Source: Anthoceros angustus (taxonomy: Eukaryota > Plantae > Anthocerotophyta). From it: a stretch of DNA of 64,000 nt. Each line of letters begins with the position of its first letter. Within the stretch, counting starts at the first letter, position 1. A program made the position numbers and the translations under genes. A model generated the notes under the pieces. That model ran no database searches, was not told the origin of the DNA, and saw nothing but the letters and a program-made list of their open reading frames with translations. Location: the NCBI GenBank assembly GCA_010909165.1, contig VJWM01000318.1:12651-76650 (forward strand). Reading direction: 5' to 3'. This document shows, in pieces, positions 36,281-46,149 of the stretch.

Positions 36281-36679
36281 TGCGTCTGGATCTACATAAG
36301 TCCCTTGATGCTACGCACTATTCACGATCCTTCGTCGGAAATCGCGATCATAGGCTCTACCCTTCAAGGCTACTCCTTCTCTATGTGCCTCGTCCTCGAC
36401 TCCTCCTCTCGACACCATCTACTTGTAGGGGTGTACACCAACTCATTTTATTGCGCCACCTCAAGAGGGTCCTCTTCGGTCACCGCCAAGAGCTCACCCG
36501 TACTAAGGTGTACCCATTGAGCGGACTCCCCTTCATAGGGTGCCTTGCTCCATGACACAAAGCGACCTCGAGCCCTACCCTACATGACTTAAATGTAATG
36601 CCACCGAAATCAAAGACACAAGCGGTACCATACAACCACGCGCCCGTTCTCCTCTCTGCCGGACAACTGCGTTGAGCAC

Positions 36680-37270
36680 CGGTAAGGCGAGTTAGGAAAT
36701 AACAGGCGAGCCAATTGTGGTGTTACCATGGTAGGAGATTGTGGAGGAAGGAAGGGTGAATGATGAAGTAGAAGAGGCGTTGTTGATTGGGGAGAGTTGT
36801 GAGGAGGATTAGAGTGTAGGAAAAGCGGAAGGAATACAGGCGATGAGCCTAAGGGCCAGTCCAAATCTTTTGCCAAGTAGAGGCGCTCCACATGTGGAGA
36901 AGAGTGTCTTAGGAGTGAGGGACAGAAGTTGCGGGGTGTGGGTTCAGGGGGTCACAGGCGCCCGTGATAGACACCTTTAACTTTGTTAAGACGTGAGGCA
37001 CGCAATTGTGTGATGTCGTTCTAGGTTGAGGCGTGGTGAAATTACTGAAGCAGTGCGGTGGTGTAGGCTTCTTTGTAGAGGAGGCGTGAGAGGGCACTGC
37101 TTGTTTAGAAGGGCTGAGGTGGTATAGCAGCTCACGAGGTAGTGATGGATTTCTCAAGATTAAATGATTCCCCAAGTCTCATGGGATGAAACCGCGTCAC
37201 GAAGCAGCAATTAGGAATAAGAAATGTAGCCGCTAGAGGTGCATCTCGGGAGCCCAGGATGCCTCCCACA
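36680..37270 (+). repeat. 3' half of a family B-like LTR
   Basis: Colinear with 17215-17733; ends GCCTCCCACA. Confidence 0.75.
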
Positions 37271-38295
37271 TCATCCTCGCCTTGGCCACCTCCCTCCTGC
37301 CTGCAGCCCAAGCTGCGAATTTTGTCATGATGCACACACCCATTAAATTCCCTTCCACCATGTCATTACGGCCCATACGCCATCATAGCTTCTGTGGTTT
37401 GCACATGCCACCTCCTCTTACAGCCCGGCTGCAAATTCAGCTGCTGCCATAGCTTCTCTAGATTCGACTACACGGCCTATCCTTCCTTCTTTTCTCTTGT
37501 TGCACCCCTATACTTATCTTGCCATTTTCCTCCTCTTTGCCCTAGCTCTTCTCTATCCACACTTGCAGGCGCATATACATCACAATGCATGTGAGAGCTC
37601 TTCTCCTGACTCTTAGTGTGGCGGCGCCTTCCTGCGGTGTTGGCGCTTGCTCACCCCTTCAAGTTGTGACCTCCTACACATGCACCCGGATTATAAAAAG
37701 ATAACAGGGGTTAGAGATGGTAACTGCAATCTACTCTTTGCCCATGGATATACCCGTTGCTTTGCTTTTCCTGACGGTTGATTGGGTTTCCCGTTCCTCT
37801 TATACTAAGATACTATTCCCCCTAGTTTCCTAACGGCCCATTTAATCTAGCTTTTATTTACCTGTCGGCCCATTTATCTAGTCCACTATTGGTGGGCACA
37901 CATGATCAGTGGATATCTCCCTATCATAATTTCCCTTTTTGGCGAGGCGTCTTGTTCCACGGTGGTACATAGGCCCTCCCGTGGTGATGCTCCCTCCTTT
38001 CTCAACCTACCGGGCGTGAGTGTGGCCCAGCGGCCCTACGTTGGTAGTACCTTGACCACCAATCTTTCCAGGAAATTTGCCCTCTTTCGCATAAATGCAG
38101 GGATCGTTTTGACCACGTTCTTCTTCTTCACGAGATATTTTCTTCGCTTCCCTAACGATGTTTACAACTCCGACAGCTTTAAGATTCTCGGAAGTTTTCA
38201 CGGCGTACCTCCTCTTCAGCGTTTCTTAGCCAAAAAAATCAAAATTGTTACGTCCTTTGGCGGTTTGAATTTGGTTGCCCAAACTTTTCGTTCCA
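37271..38295 (-). mobile_element. Diverged Athila-like post-integrase spacer / internal fragment
   Basis: Reverse complement shares blocks with 6600-6830 (GTGTGCATCATG, GCTGAATTTGCAG) and 46160-46500 (AAAAGTTTGGGCA, GATTTTTTTGGCTAAG). Confidence 0.55.
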
Positions 38296-39003
38296 CTTCA
38301 TGGAGATATTCTGGACTTACCCCCTCCGTTTAAAGTCGGACACTTTTGAGGTCTTCCAGAGATGGGCTGGTCATATAACCCGCAGGCGAGAACCCATGAT
38401 GCTTGCTCCAACAACGCAGCAAGCCCGGCAGCACGAGAATTCCACTGTAGCAGTTTACTGTGGAGAGCAGCGTTATCGTCAACTTATTGTGCCCTATACC
38501 CGGCGAGCGGTGTTGCGAGCAGCAGTAACCCGGAACTAACTGCTGGGCATGTGAGCATGTTAGAGTGGTCAGGTTTGAGCAAAGCATACTAGGCTGAAGC
38601 AGTGAATTCTGACAACTTACATTCTCATGAGGCTTCTCACAAGTGCTGATTGGATGGAAAGACCCCGGTTCCCAGGAGTTTTTTGGCGTAGGCCAGGTTG
38701 TTGCACTAAGGTCTTTAGCTCTCTGGTATGCACTACATCCCATGAGGCGAGAAAATTAGAGACGAGCTCGCCCACTTATTTTTGTAGGTTATGGTGAAAA
38801 GCGGCTTACCTGGCTATTGGATCCACCCGCTAACCACATCGATGTTTGCTAGAAGCGTGACCTTCAAGGAGCTTGTGTGCCCTGCCAAGCCATATTTTGA
38901 TCATCTGTCACATGCTCAAGAGACTGTCACTCATGTGGATCTTACAGATCTGGACGATCCTACAGAATTCCCACAAGATGACATACCTGGAGTTGGTCCT
39001 GTT
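38295..39003 (+). pseudogene. pol: Ty1/copia integrase remnant (older host element)
   Basis: WTYPLRLKSDTFEVFQRW; VPYT..(QN)GVA; MLEWSGLSKAY.AEAV; IFVGYG..GY; ARSVTFKE. Confidence 0.8.
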
Positions 39004-39227
39004 TGATAAAATAGCTTACTATTAGGGCACTCTTCACTAGGGCACCTAGGACTTAATAATTAATTTAGTCCTTAGGGCTCTAGGTAGTTTCTTTTAGTAG
39101 TTATTTAATTGGTTAGTTGTTACAACCACTTATTGGTTACAACTACCTTGCCTACATAAAGGCATGTACTTTCTATTATGAATGTAATGCAACACATATT
39201 GCTAGAGCTTGTGTATGATTCTCATCA
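39004..39227 (+). repeat. 5' LTR of a Ty1/copia element
   Basis: TGAT...ATCA termini, AT-rich, immediately followed by a PBS. Confidence 0.75.
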
Positions 39228-39238
39228 TGGTATCGAGC
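39228..39238 (+). promoter_or_regulatory. PBS, tRNA-iMet type
   Basis: TGGTATCGAGC is the canonical TGGTATCAGAGC with one deletion. Confidence 0.85.
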
Positions 39239-39994
39239 ACACTTGCTCTTTGTTTGCTTGCATCCTCATGCATCTAAGTAGCTTATCTAGGAGACACTTT
39301 CTAATCTAGCATTTGCCTAGATGGATTGTGTTTATCCTAGAATTGCTATCTTTCATGCATTCTTTATTCTAACATTTCTCTTCTAACAATGCTTTTATGC
39401 ACTAATTCTTTGTCCTTCCTCCATGGATTTGTGTTCCCTTAGAAGGGAAGGCATAGAGTTAAGAAGAGAAGTAGTCCCAAGACAACAAGAACAAATTAGG
39501 AACACATAGAAGCAATAGAAGACAACAAGCTATAGAGGAGAGATAGAGAAACCTCCTCTTGTATAGCAAACTTCATTGCATCTATTTTAATTTCTAAACC
39601 GGATCAAGGGAAGTTTATCAAGCTAGCTAGGCGTGATTTGCTAGAAGTTTTTAGTCCAATTCACGTCAAGGCATTAGAATTAGCTCTCCAACATATCCCA
39701 AATTTGAATCTGGTATTAGTACTCCTTTATCTTCTAGTCCAAGACAAAAATAGCATAGAAACTCTTAGATTTCAAGAAATTGATAGTCAATTAGCAACTC
39801 TTAGAATCCAATCTTTGATCTTAAGGAGAATTATCTGAATTAAGGACAAAATTGTCTATTCTCTCTAAGGTTGATAATGCGGAGATTTGAGCATGCTATC
39901 ATCATCCGAATCGATTATGATGCAAGAGAAGAGTTTCGCGTGCAATAGAAGATGAGAGGTCATGCACGAGGCCTAGTCCTCTAAATCACCTACA

Positions 39995-41732
39995 ATGGCT
40001 GGAGTGATCAATGATGAAGAACAAACTGTTCCTAATTCCCCATTGGGTAATGATAATGCTAACACTTCATTGCATTATCATTATGGTGACTTCAAGAGAA
40101 AGATAGATTCAATGGAAGGATTATGACATCGGTCATTGAGAATGCGAGGAGCTTTGCGGCAAAGAGACCTTTGGGGCATCGTCGATGGATCAATTCCAAG
40201 GCCACACGCCCGATTTGACGCGTGAACTTCAACCTTCCAGGGCCTTGAGGGGCGAGAAGATTTTAGGTGGACTTTCTCAACATATGGTGAGACATGTCGC
40301 AAAGACCTCCAAGGATATGTGGACTCACCTTGCTCAATTATATTCATCTCGAGATGTAATGAGTATTGTTGCGGCTTCACGTAACCGCAACCTCTCAATG
40401 AAGGAGTCCGACACCATCGAACATCATGTTAATGCATTTCGATTGGCACGATCCCATTTGGAATCTTCAATGGCGTACCTATCTCGTAGATGGAGGCTTT
40501 CATTCTCTTATCTTCATTGCCACCTTCTTATAGGGCTTTCATTACAACTCAAAATGCGTGATTCGCAATGTCGGAAAAGCTGCGGATGAAGATCCAAATG
40601 AAGAGCGGACATCGTGTTTCCGAACTTATTGGAGCATTGCTACAGGAGGAGGCAAGCATCATCACTCCGAGCCAACAAGCAGTGATGTATTCACAAAGGG
40701 TAGAGGAAGAGGAGGCGAGGCGAGGCCGAGGTTCTACTTTCCATGACCCCCATATCCTGCACATACTTTCCATGATGGAGAGGCATCTTCTTCAACACGC
40801 AAGAGGTAACAAGAAGGCGGGATTATATGTAATTGGTGCGTAATCCCAAATCACATGGAAAAGGATTGTCGTAAGAAGAAGAATGGGGAACCTCAGGAGG
40901 CCCCACAGCTAACATTGCGTGAAACAATCTTCCTCAACTCCAGCGGTGCTCCTGTGCTTGGCTTCTTCCAAGCCCTCCAATACCTCATGGTACTTAGGCA
41001 GTGGAGCTACTTCACATATTTGTTACAATGTAAACTCTTTTGAGTCTTACTCACCACCACGGGACATCTCCTCCGGAGATGATCACAACCTACCCATTGC
41101 GGGTGTTGGTTCAGTTGTATTCAAGTGTGATTCAGGTCAGGTTCTTCATCTTCATCAAGTCCTCCATGTTCCTTCAATGTGCAAGAATCTAGTATCAGCT
41201 GCAAGTCTTTGTCAAGAACACACTCTGCAGGTGATCCTTTATGCAGATAGTTGTCTTCTCTCTTTCATAAGTGATAGAAACTATACAATCTGCACAGGCA
41301 CTTTAGATGATGGTCTCTATAGATTGTCAGTACAAGTGGGAGCCACCCATTCTGCTAATGTTGCCATTCCAAACCCAGCGACACCTACCCAAACCATGCT
41401 TTGGCATTGTCGCCTTGGTCATCCTAATAGTCAAAATTAATCCAAATGTCTAAGGGAGCTTTATATAGAACCCTTGCCTTGCAAAGGTTGAACACCTACC
41501 TTGGTGCGAATCTTGTGTCCTCACTACATCAAGAGCCTTTCAAAATAAATCTCCACAAAGGGCCAAGTCACCTTTAGAGATAGTGCACATGACATTTGTG
41601 GACCCTTGTCTACACCCTCCTTTAGTGGTAGTAGATATTTTTGACCTTCACGGATGATTTCTCTCGTTTTGTCTTTTCCTACATCGAAAAACAAGAGTGA
41701 TGCCTTTCCTTCTTCAAGGACTACACGAAATG
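39995..41732 (+). pseudogene. Ty1/copia gag-protease-integrase (truncated in integrase)
   Basis: SLRMRGALRQRDLWGIVDGSIP; zinc knuckle ICNWC..PNHMEKDCRKK; WYLGSGATSHIC; LWHCRLGHPN; DICGPLSTPSFSGSRYFLTFTDDFSRF..KNKSDAF. Confidence 0.9.
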
Positions 41733-41734
41733 CC

Positions 41735-41845
41735 TCATGTAGTGCATTGTGCACAAAACCAATCTCCTTGAGTGTCGTCCGGAGGTTATGAACCTTGTCC
41801 ATGAGTGGAGGTTGTCTTGACATCCTTTGTCATGTGGACTACTCT
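41735..41845 (-). pseudogene. C-terminal PHD-finger-like remnant
   Basis: (C)KGCQDNLH...PP....QGDWFCAQCTT* matches the PHD ending PPL..VP.GDWFC..C. Confidence 0.5.
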
Positions 41846-41874
41846 CCCCCGGGTTGCTCGCCATTTTCTTCTTG

Positions 41875-42020
41875 CCTTCACAGCTGCCTCCTGCGGAATC
41901 TTGGTTCATTCTTGATTAGTTCTATGTGGAACTTCCCTTTGGTGTACTTCCCATCTCAAGCGTGAAAGCAAACACATGTCGCGATGCCTCCAACAACTCC
42001 TTTAGGGCCGTTGATTGCTC
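41875..42020 (-). pseudogene. pol: RT N-terminal remnant of the DNMT element
   Basis: ALKELLEASRHVFAFTL.MG.YTKGKFHIELIKNEP.FRRR, a typical gypsy pre-RT segment; the rest is deleted. Confidence 0.6.
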
Positions 42021-42184
42021 TTCAACTCGGGCAACCACTCATGTGGTGTGGCTCGGATGGCACGCTTCCTCTGCTTTCTCCTTGCCCTCAAACTCGCCTT
42101 CTCCTGTTGAGATGCGAGTCGAATATCCTTCACCAGACCCTGCTTCAACCCGCCTTCTTGGTTTTGAAGTTGGTAGCGACTCAG

Positions 42185-43080
42185 TAGCTAAACCAGTCAT
42201 CATGTTCATGTCAAATGCTTGCCCAAGCAATCGACAGTTCCTTCTCGGTCACTCCGGTGTCTTGTGGCTCCGGCAAAATCCATGGCCAACTCCCTCTGTG
42301 GTGGCTCTCCCAAAACCTCGCCATGTCATCACCACAACGCAGGGCCATGGTTCCTGAAGGCGTAAGACTTGGACTTGGACACAAAGGTTGGCCAAGCCGC
42401 CATGGGGTGTCCGGGCGTGTTCACGAAGTCGGCGGCAACGGTCTTGATGACTTGTTGGGCATGCCTTCCGATGCTAGCACATCCTTGACAACATGATTAG
42501 GTCGCTTGGTGAGCGACCTCGCACACTTCAAATGTTCCAAGGAGCAAGGTTAGTCCACATGGACCTCAACCTATGAGCCCTCGAACCAAATTAGGCATCC
42601 AATAGAAGCTCGACCCAACACTCCTCGGATCGTGGCAAAATCCTCCGAACTTGCTTCTTCACGCTCATGCATCTTGGCACATTCTCCAACATGTATCCAC
42701 AAGGCCTTTCTTGCCCCTTTACGGATCAAGCGCAAGATCCTCATCAGTCATAGAACAATGCTGTTCGTGGATCCTTCAGACCTTGACCCTTGCCTGCGAG
42801 GATAGTCCTTGACACTCCCAACTGCGATGACAAGGTCCACGGTTGCCCAAGACAACTCAAATGGGACAACCCTATCATGCGAACATCCATCGGCCTTGGT
42901 AACCCTTCGACTCCCACGTCGGAGGTTAGGTACTCCCCATCAAGTCTCTTACGCGCACGTGACACAATCCTTGCTTTTGGATCCGGGTCACAATGCACGT
43001 ATCTTCGCACTTTGATGCCACACTTTAGCGCTGAAGCGATGCCTCCAAAGAGTTCCACGACTATGCCGTCTTCCAGGTCG
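42185..43080 (-). pseudogene. C5 cytosine DNA methyltransferase domain encoded in the retrotransposon polyprotein
   Basis: I: GIVVELFGGIAS; II: VRRYVHCD; III: MDVRMI; IV: VDLVIA(G)WECQGLS.AGKGQGLKDPRTALFYD; VI: GYMLENVP; VIII: DA.FGSRAHRLRSMWTNL; IX: RELAM(G)F; X: LLGQAFDMNMM. Several frameshifts and one stop. Confidence 0.92.
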
Positions 43081-43379
43081 CCATGTGATGACAGGTGTTT
43101 AGGTCACAGGCTCAACCCTAGGCAAGAACTTACGAGTTCTCGGCTCATAGGACCTTGGTCCTCTTGCACCATCCTCCACAGCTTTTGCACGGCTCATTTG
43201 CAGTCACCAGCTCCGTCCGGTGACTTGAAGAACCTCCTCAGGGTGGTTGCAACCCTAGCTTGTCTTCCTCCTCCTCGTGAAATCCTCCATCGGTCGATTG
43301 CGGTTGTTAGACACACGCCAAGAGGTTCAAGCACGTATGGCGTGTCCTTCACTCTGGCCAAACCGGGTAGACTGTTGGC

Positions 43380-43830
43380 AATGAGGTTCTCATGATCCTT
43401 GCCATGCACGAGAGGGATGCGGGCAATCCGTTCATCGGTTTTGCTCCAGCTTCTCCAGCCGGTCGATAGTAGGCATCTCGTCCACAAATCCACCATGACT
43501 CGGTTTGTACAAAGCGTCCGCTCCCAAGACATCAAATGTATATCGGTGACCAAGCGGTGTACCTCGACAAAGGTGAAGTCTGCTGTTCTTGGTTTGAATG
43601 AAACCTGTACCTTGTCACCCCCAACACATGCTCCGTGGTCCCAGCTGCGGTCTGGATCTTCCACTTGGTTTCCTTCAACCTTTCTTGGTGGAGACCCAAC
43701 GCTTCCTTCACTCTTCTTCCAACGATCACCGGCTGTGCTCCGGTGTCAATCAACACCCTCCTTGGTGCGAATCCATTGATTTCAATGTGCCTCTCCCGAT
43801 TGTTGACCAAAGCCACCCCCACTCGTGCAG
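43380..43830 (-). pseudogene. Retropepsin-like aspartic protease
   Basis: RRVLIDTGAQPVIVG catalytic DTG motif in ORF 43532-43993, followed by KIQTAAG and LVTD...DVLG. Confidence 0.88.
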
Positions 43831-44099
43831 CATTCCGCTTCTCCACAGAGATGCTTGGTTCGGAGGTCAGCAATGACATCATTGCTACCTGCTGTGGCAA
43901 ATCTTGGACACTTGCTTCGTCTTCAAGGGTTGTCAACATCCGAGTCAAACCCACGACTTCCTTCACGCTCAACCCCATGTCTTGTTGAAACATGGCATCT
44001 CAGGCTTTTGTGCCATCTCCGTATCTGCGCATGGGTTTCTCCACATCGCCCACTCTGGACTTTGATGTTGCTCCCAGTTGCTCCTGTTGGCTCAAACAA

Positions 44100-45392
44100 G
44101 CGACTTTGGCATCTTGGCATAGGTTCGGGAAGAGGATCCCGAAGCTTCCTTCCGTGTCTTCCGCACTGCAGGTGTCAAGACGTCCTCTTCTTCCTCTGAG
44201 CTATCTTCTCTCGTAGCTGGCAGAGGTTTCTTCCCCTTGCCCTTGGATCTGGTCACAGTCGCCATGTATCCAAGCTTGTGCTCATCTTCTTCGTCCTCTG
44301 ATGATGAACTGCTGCTCTCCTTGATCTTCGCCGCACCAACTTCTCCAGCTTTGCGAGGCGTGCCACGTAGTCCATCGTCTTCTTTGATGCTTCCGTTTCT
44401 TTTGTCCACGGGACTTCGGTGCCTCCTCCACAGGCGCCTTTGCTCTTCGCGATTTTGTGGATGAGGTTGGCCGGATGCATTGGCGGGGTTGCTGCTCGAT
44501 AACCCGTGAGCCGCAATTCGGATGCTTCTCCCAACATGCCGCTTCATTGTGCCGTACCTCCCACCTAGGGCATGGCTCCTCACCCTTGACTCCTCCGAAT
44601 GCATGCTCGCACTCATGAGGGGAATGGTCCGTCCTCGGCACCTCACGCAGGGCTCGTCACTTGGGGCGTGTGGGTGGCTTGTCTCGCCGAGCTCCTCCAC
44701 TCGACCTCCGTCGGTCATGTCCACCACTCCTACTTGTCTTTGGAGTAATCACTTGCAACAAGAGAGAAAGTGTCCTATCTTGTCGACCATCTCGTACACT
44801 TCCTTGAGGGTGTGTTGTTGCCGTCTTGTGCACCGCTTGTTGCACCTTCATGCGCGCATATGGCAATGCTGCAAGTACTTCTCTGCGGCGATCGGTCACT
44901 CATGATCTTGGTGTCACGTACCAAGCGGTCGATTCTTGATAAGCCATCTTGGCGGTCTCGACTTCATCTTGAAGTGTGTCACCGGAGATCTTCTCATCCG
45001 TGCTTGCGAAACTCCGGCGGAAGATGTCAAACATCTCTTGATGGGATCGTGCCCACTCGGTGCCACTTTCCCCTTGGTTCCTCGGAGCTTGAGCCTACTC
45101 ACTGGTCCTCGGATGCTCAACAACCTCGCCTTGTGCTCGCGATAACGCCAATGCTTCATCCCCAAGTACTTGCATTTGGATGAAGCCGTATCGCTTCGTG
45201 TATCCGGTCTTCAATTCCATCTCCGCACACACTGCTTCTCGATGAAGTCCTCCGGTGGCAAGGTGCCGCTCGTCTGTGAACAACTCCATTCGATCCTTGT
45301 CTCCTCCCATCTTGGCGACTCCAAGAGACAAGTCCTCCTCGCTTCGCTTGAGTTGTCGGCGGCACTAACGTGTCTTGTGTGTTGCCACTCAC
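44100..45392 (-). pseudogene. gag: gag with three CCHC-like zinc knuckles
   Basis: KCTR..KIGHFLS.C (~44760-44800), EPCVRCRG.TDHSPHEC (~44600-44655), CPR....HNEAAC (~44535-44575). Then the VTRSKGKGK linker ahead of the protease. Confidence 0.7.
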
Positions 45393-45701
45393 GGATCCTT
45401 CAAAGATTGTTGATTGTGTCTGGGTTCCTCCGTCCTTGGTGGTACCAAAATCGAGGTTACTTCTCTCTTGGTCGGGACTTGAATTCGCTCGATGGACTTG
45501 CTGGTTGGTAGCTCCGTCCGGATCGAGTGTGTCGCATGCACTCCAGGCGGTTAGTGGCTAGATCAAACCCTTAATCAAGGTTAACACACCCGCTATCTTA
45601 GATCGTGATTAGTGAAACCTCTAAGTATCTATGCATGTTAAAATTGCATACAAATACTCTGCAGGCTATATGTCAAAGCTGGGTGAGTTGGATAGCAAAG
45701 G

Positions 45702-45754
45702 CATAAGAACTCCAGTTAAGCACCGTGGGGTGGATCAGTACTGGATGGGGTGCC
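45702..45754 (+). promoter_or_regulatory. 5S rRNA-derived segment (A-box, IE, C-box)
   Basis: CATAAGAACTCCAGTTAAGCACCGTGGGGTGGATCAGTACTGGATGGGGTGCC versus 5S CATCAGAACTC..AGTTAAGCG...TAGTACT.GGATGGGTGACC. Confidence 0.7.
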
Positions 45755-45898
45755 AACCTAGGATTTTGACAGAAAGTGAAATCATGACATACCCATGTCT
45801 ATCACTTCCCTTATCCCTTGGAATCAGGGCCCAAGAGTAAAATACTCTTGTTTCTCCCTTGGTTGGTTGGCCTTAAAGGCCAGCCCCTTAGGCCTCAT

Positions 45899-46045
45899 TC
45901 CTCTCCTTGGTAGGCTTCTTCCTCCTCTCCTTGGCCTTGGACTTGGCTTCGCCTCCTCTCCTTGGCCTTGGACTTGGGCTTCTTGCCTCCTCTCCTTGGC
46001 CTTGGACTTGGGCTTCTTCCTCCTCTCCTTGGCCTTGGGCCGGTC
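45899..46045. repeat. Minisatellite, ~30-33 bp unit CCTCTCCTTGGCCTTGGACTTGGGCTTC(TT)
   Basis: About 4-5 imperfect tandem copies visible directly. Confidence 0.85.
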
Positions 46046-46149
46046 CTCTCTGGGCCTCAAGCCTTGGGCACACTTTAGAGTCCCTTGCCCTGCTTGCAAG
46101 AGCTGGCGTGCGTCGTAGCCTCGCCTCGCCTAGCATTTTCTAGCGCCTA

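Larger units (their letters stand above)
32290..36610 (-). mobile_element. Family B-type element fragment retaining RT-RH-INT (autonomous-type copy), inverted
   Basis: 32290-33050 is the reverse complement of the family B spacer and promoter; pol lies upstream on the minus strand. Confidence 0.85.
41735..45670 (-). mobile_element. DNMT-carrying Ty3/gypsy-type LTR retrotransposon (internally deleted)
   Basis: Minus-strand order gag/CCHC - protease - C5 DNA methyltransferase - RT N-terminus - PHD-like tail. Confidence 0.85.

Noticed and set aside
42185-43080. Bacterial restriction-modification methylase or host DNMT gene
   Set aside because: It is contiguous and co-oriented with retroviral-type protease and RT segments, with no introns, no partner endonuclease and no host regulatory domains.
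45702-45754. Functional 5S rRNA gene
   Set aside because: Only ~50 bp of the internal region match. The 5' and 3' stems and the T-run terminator are absent.
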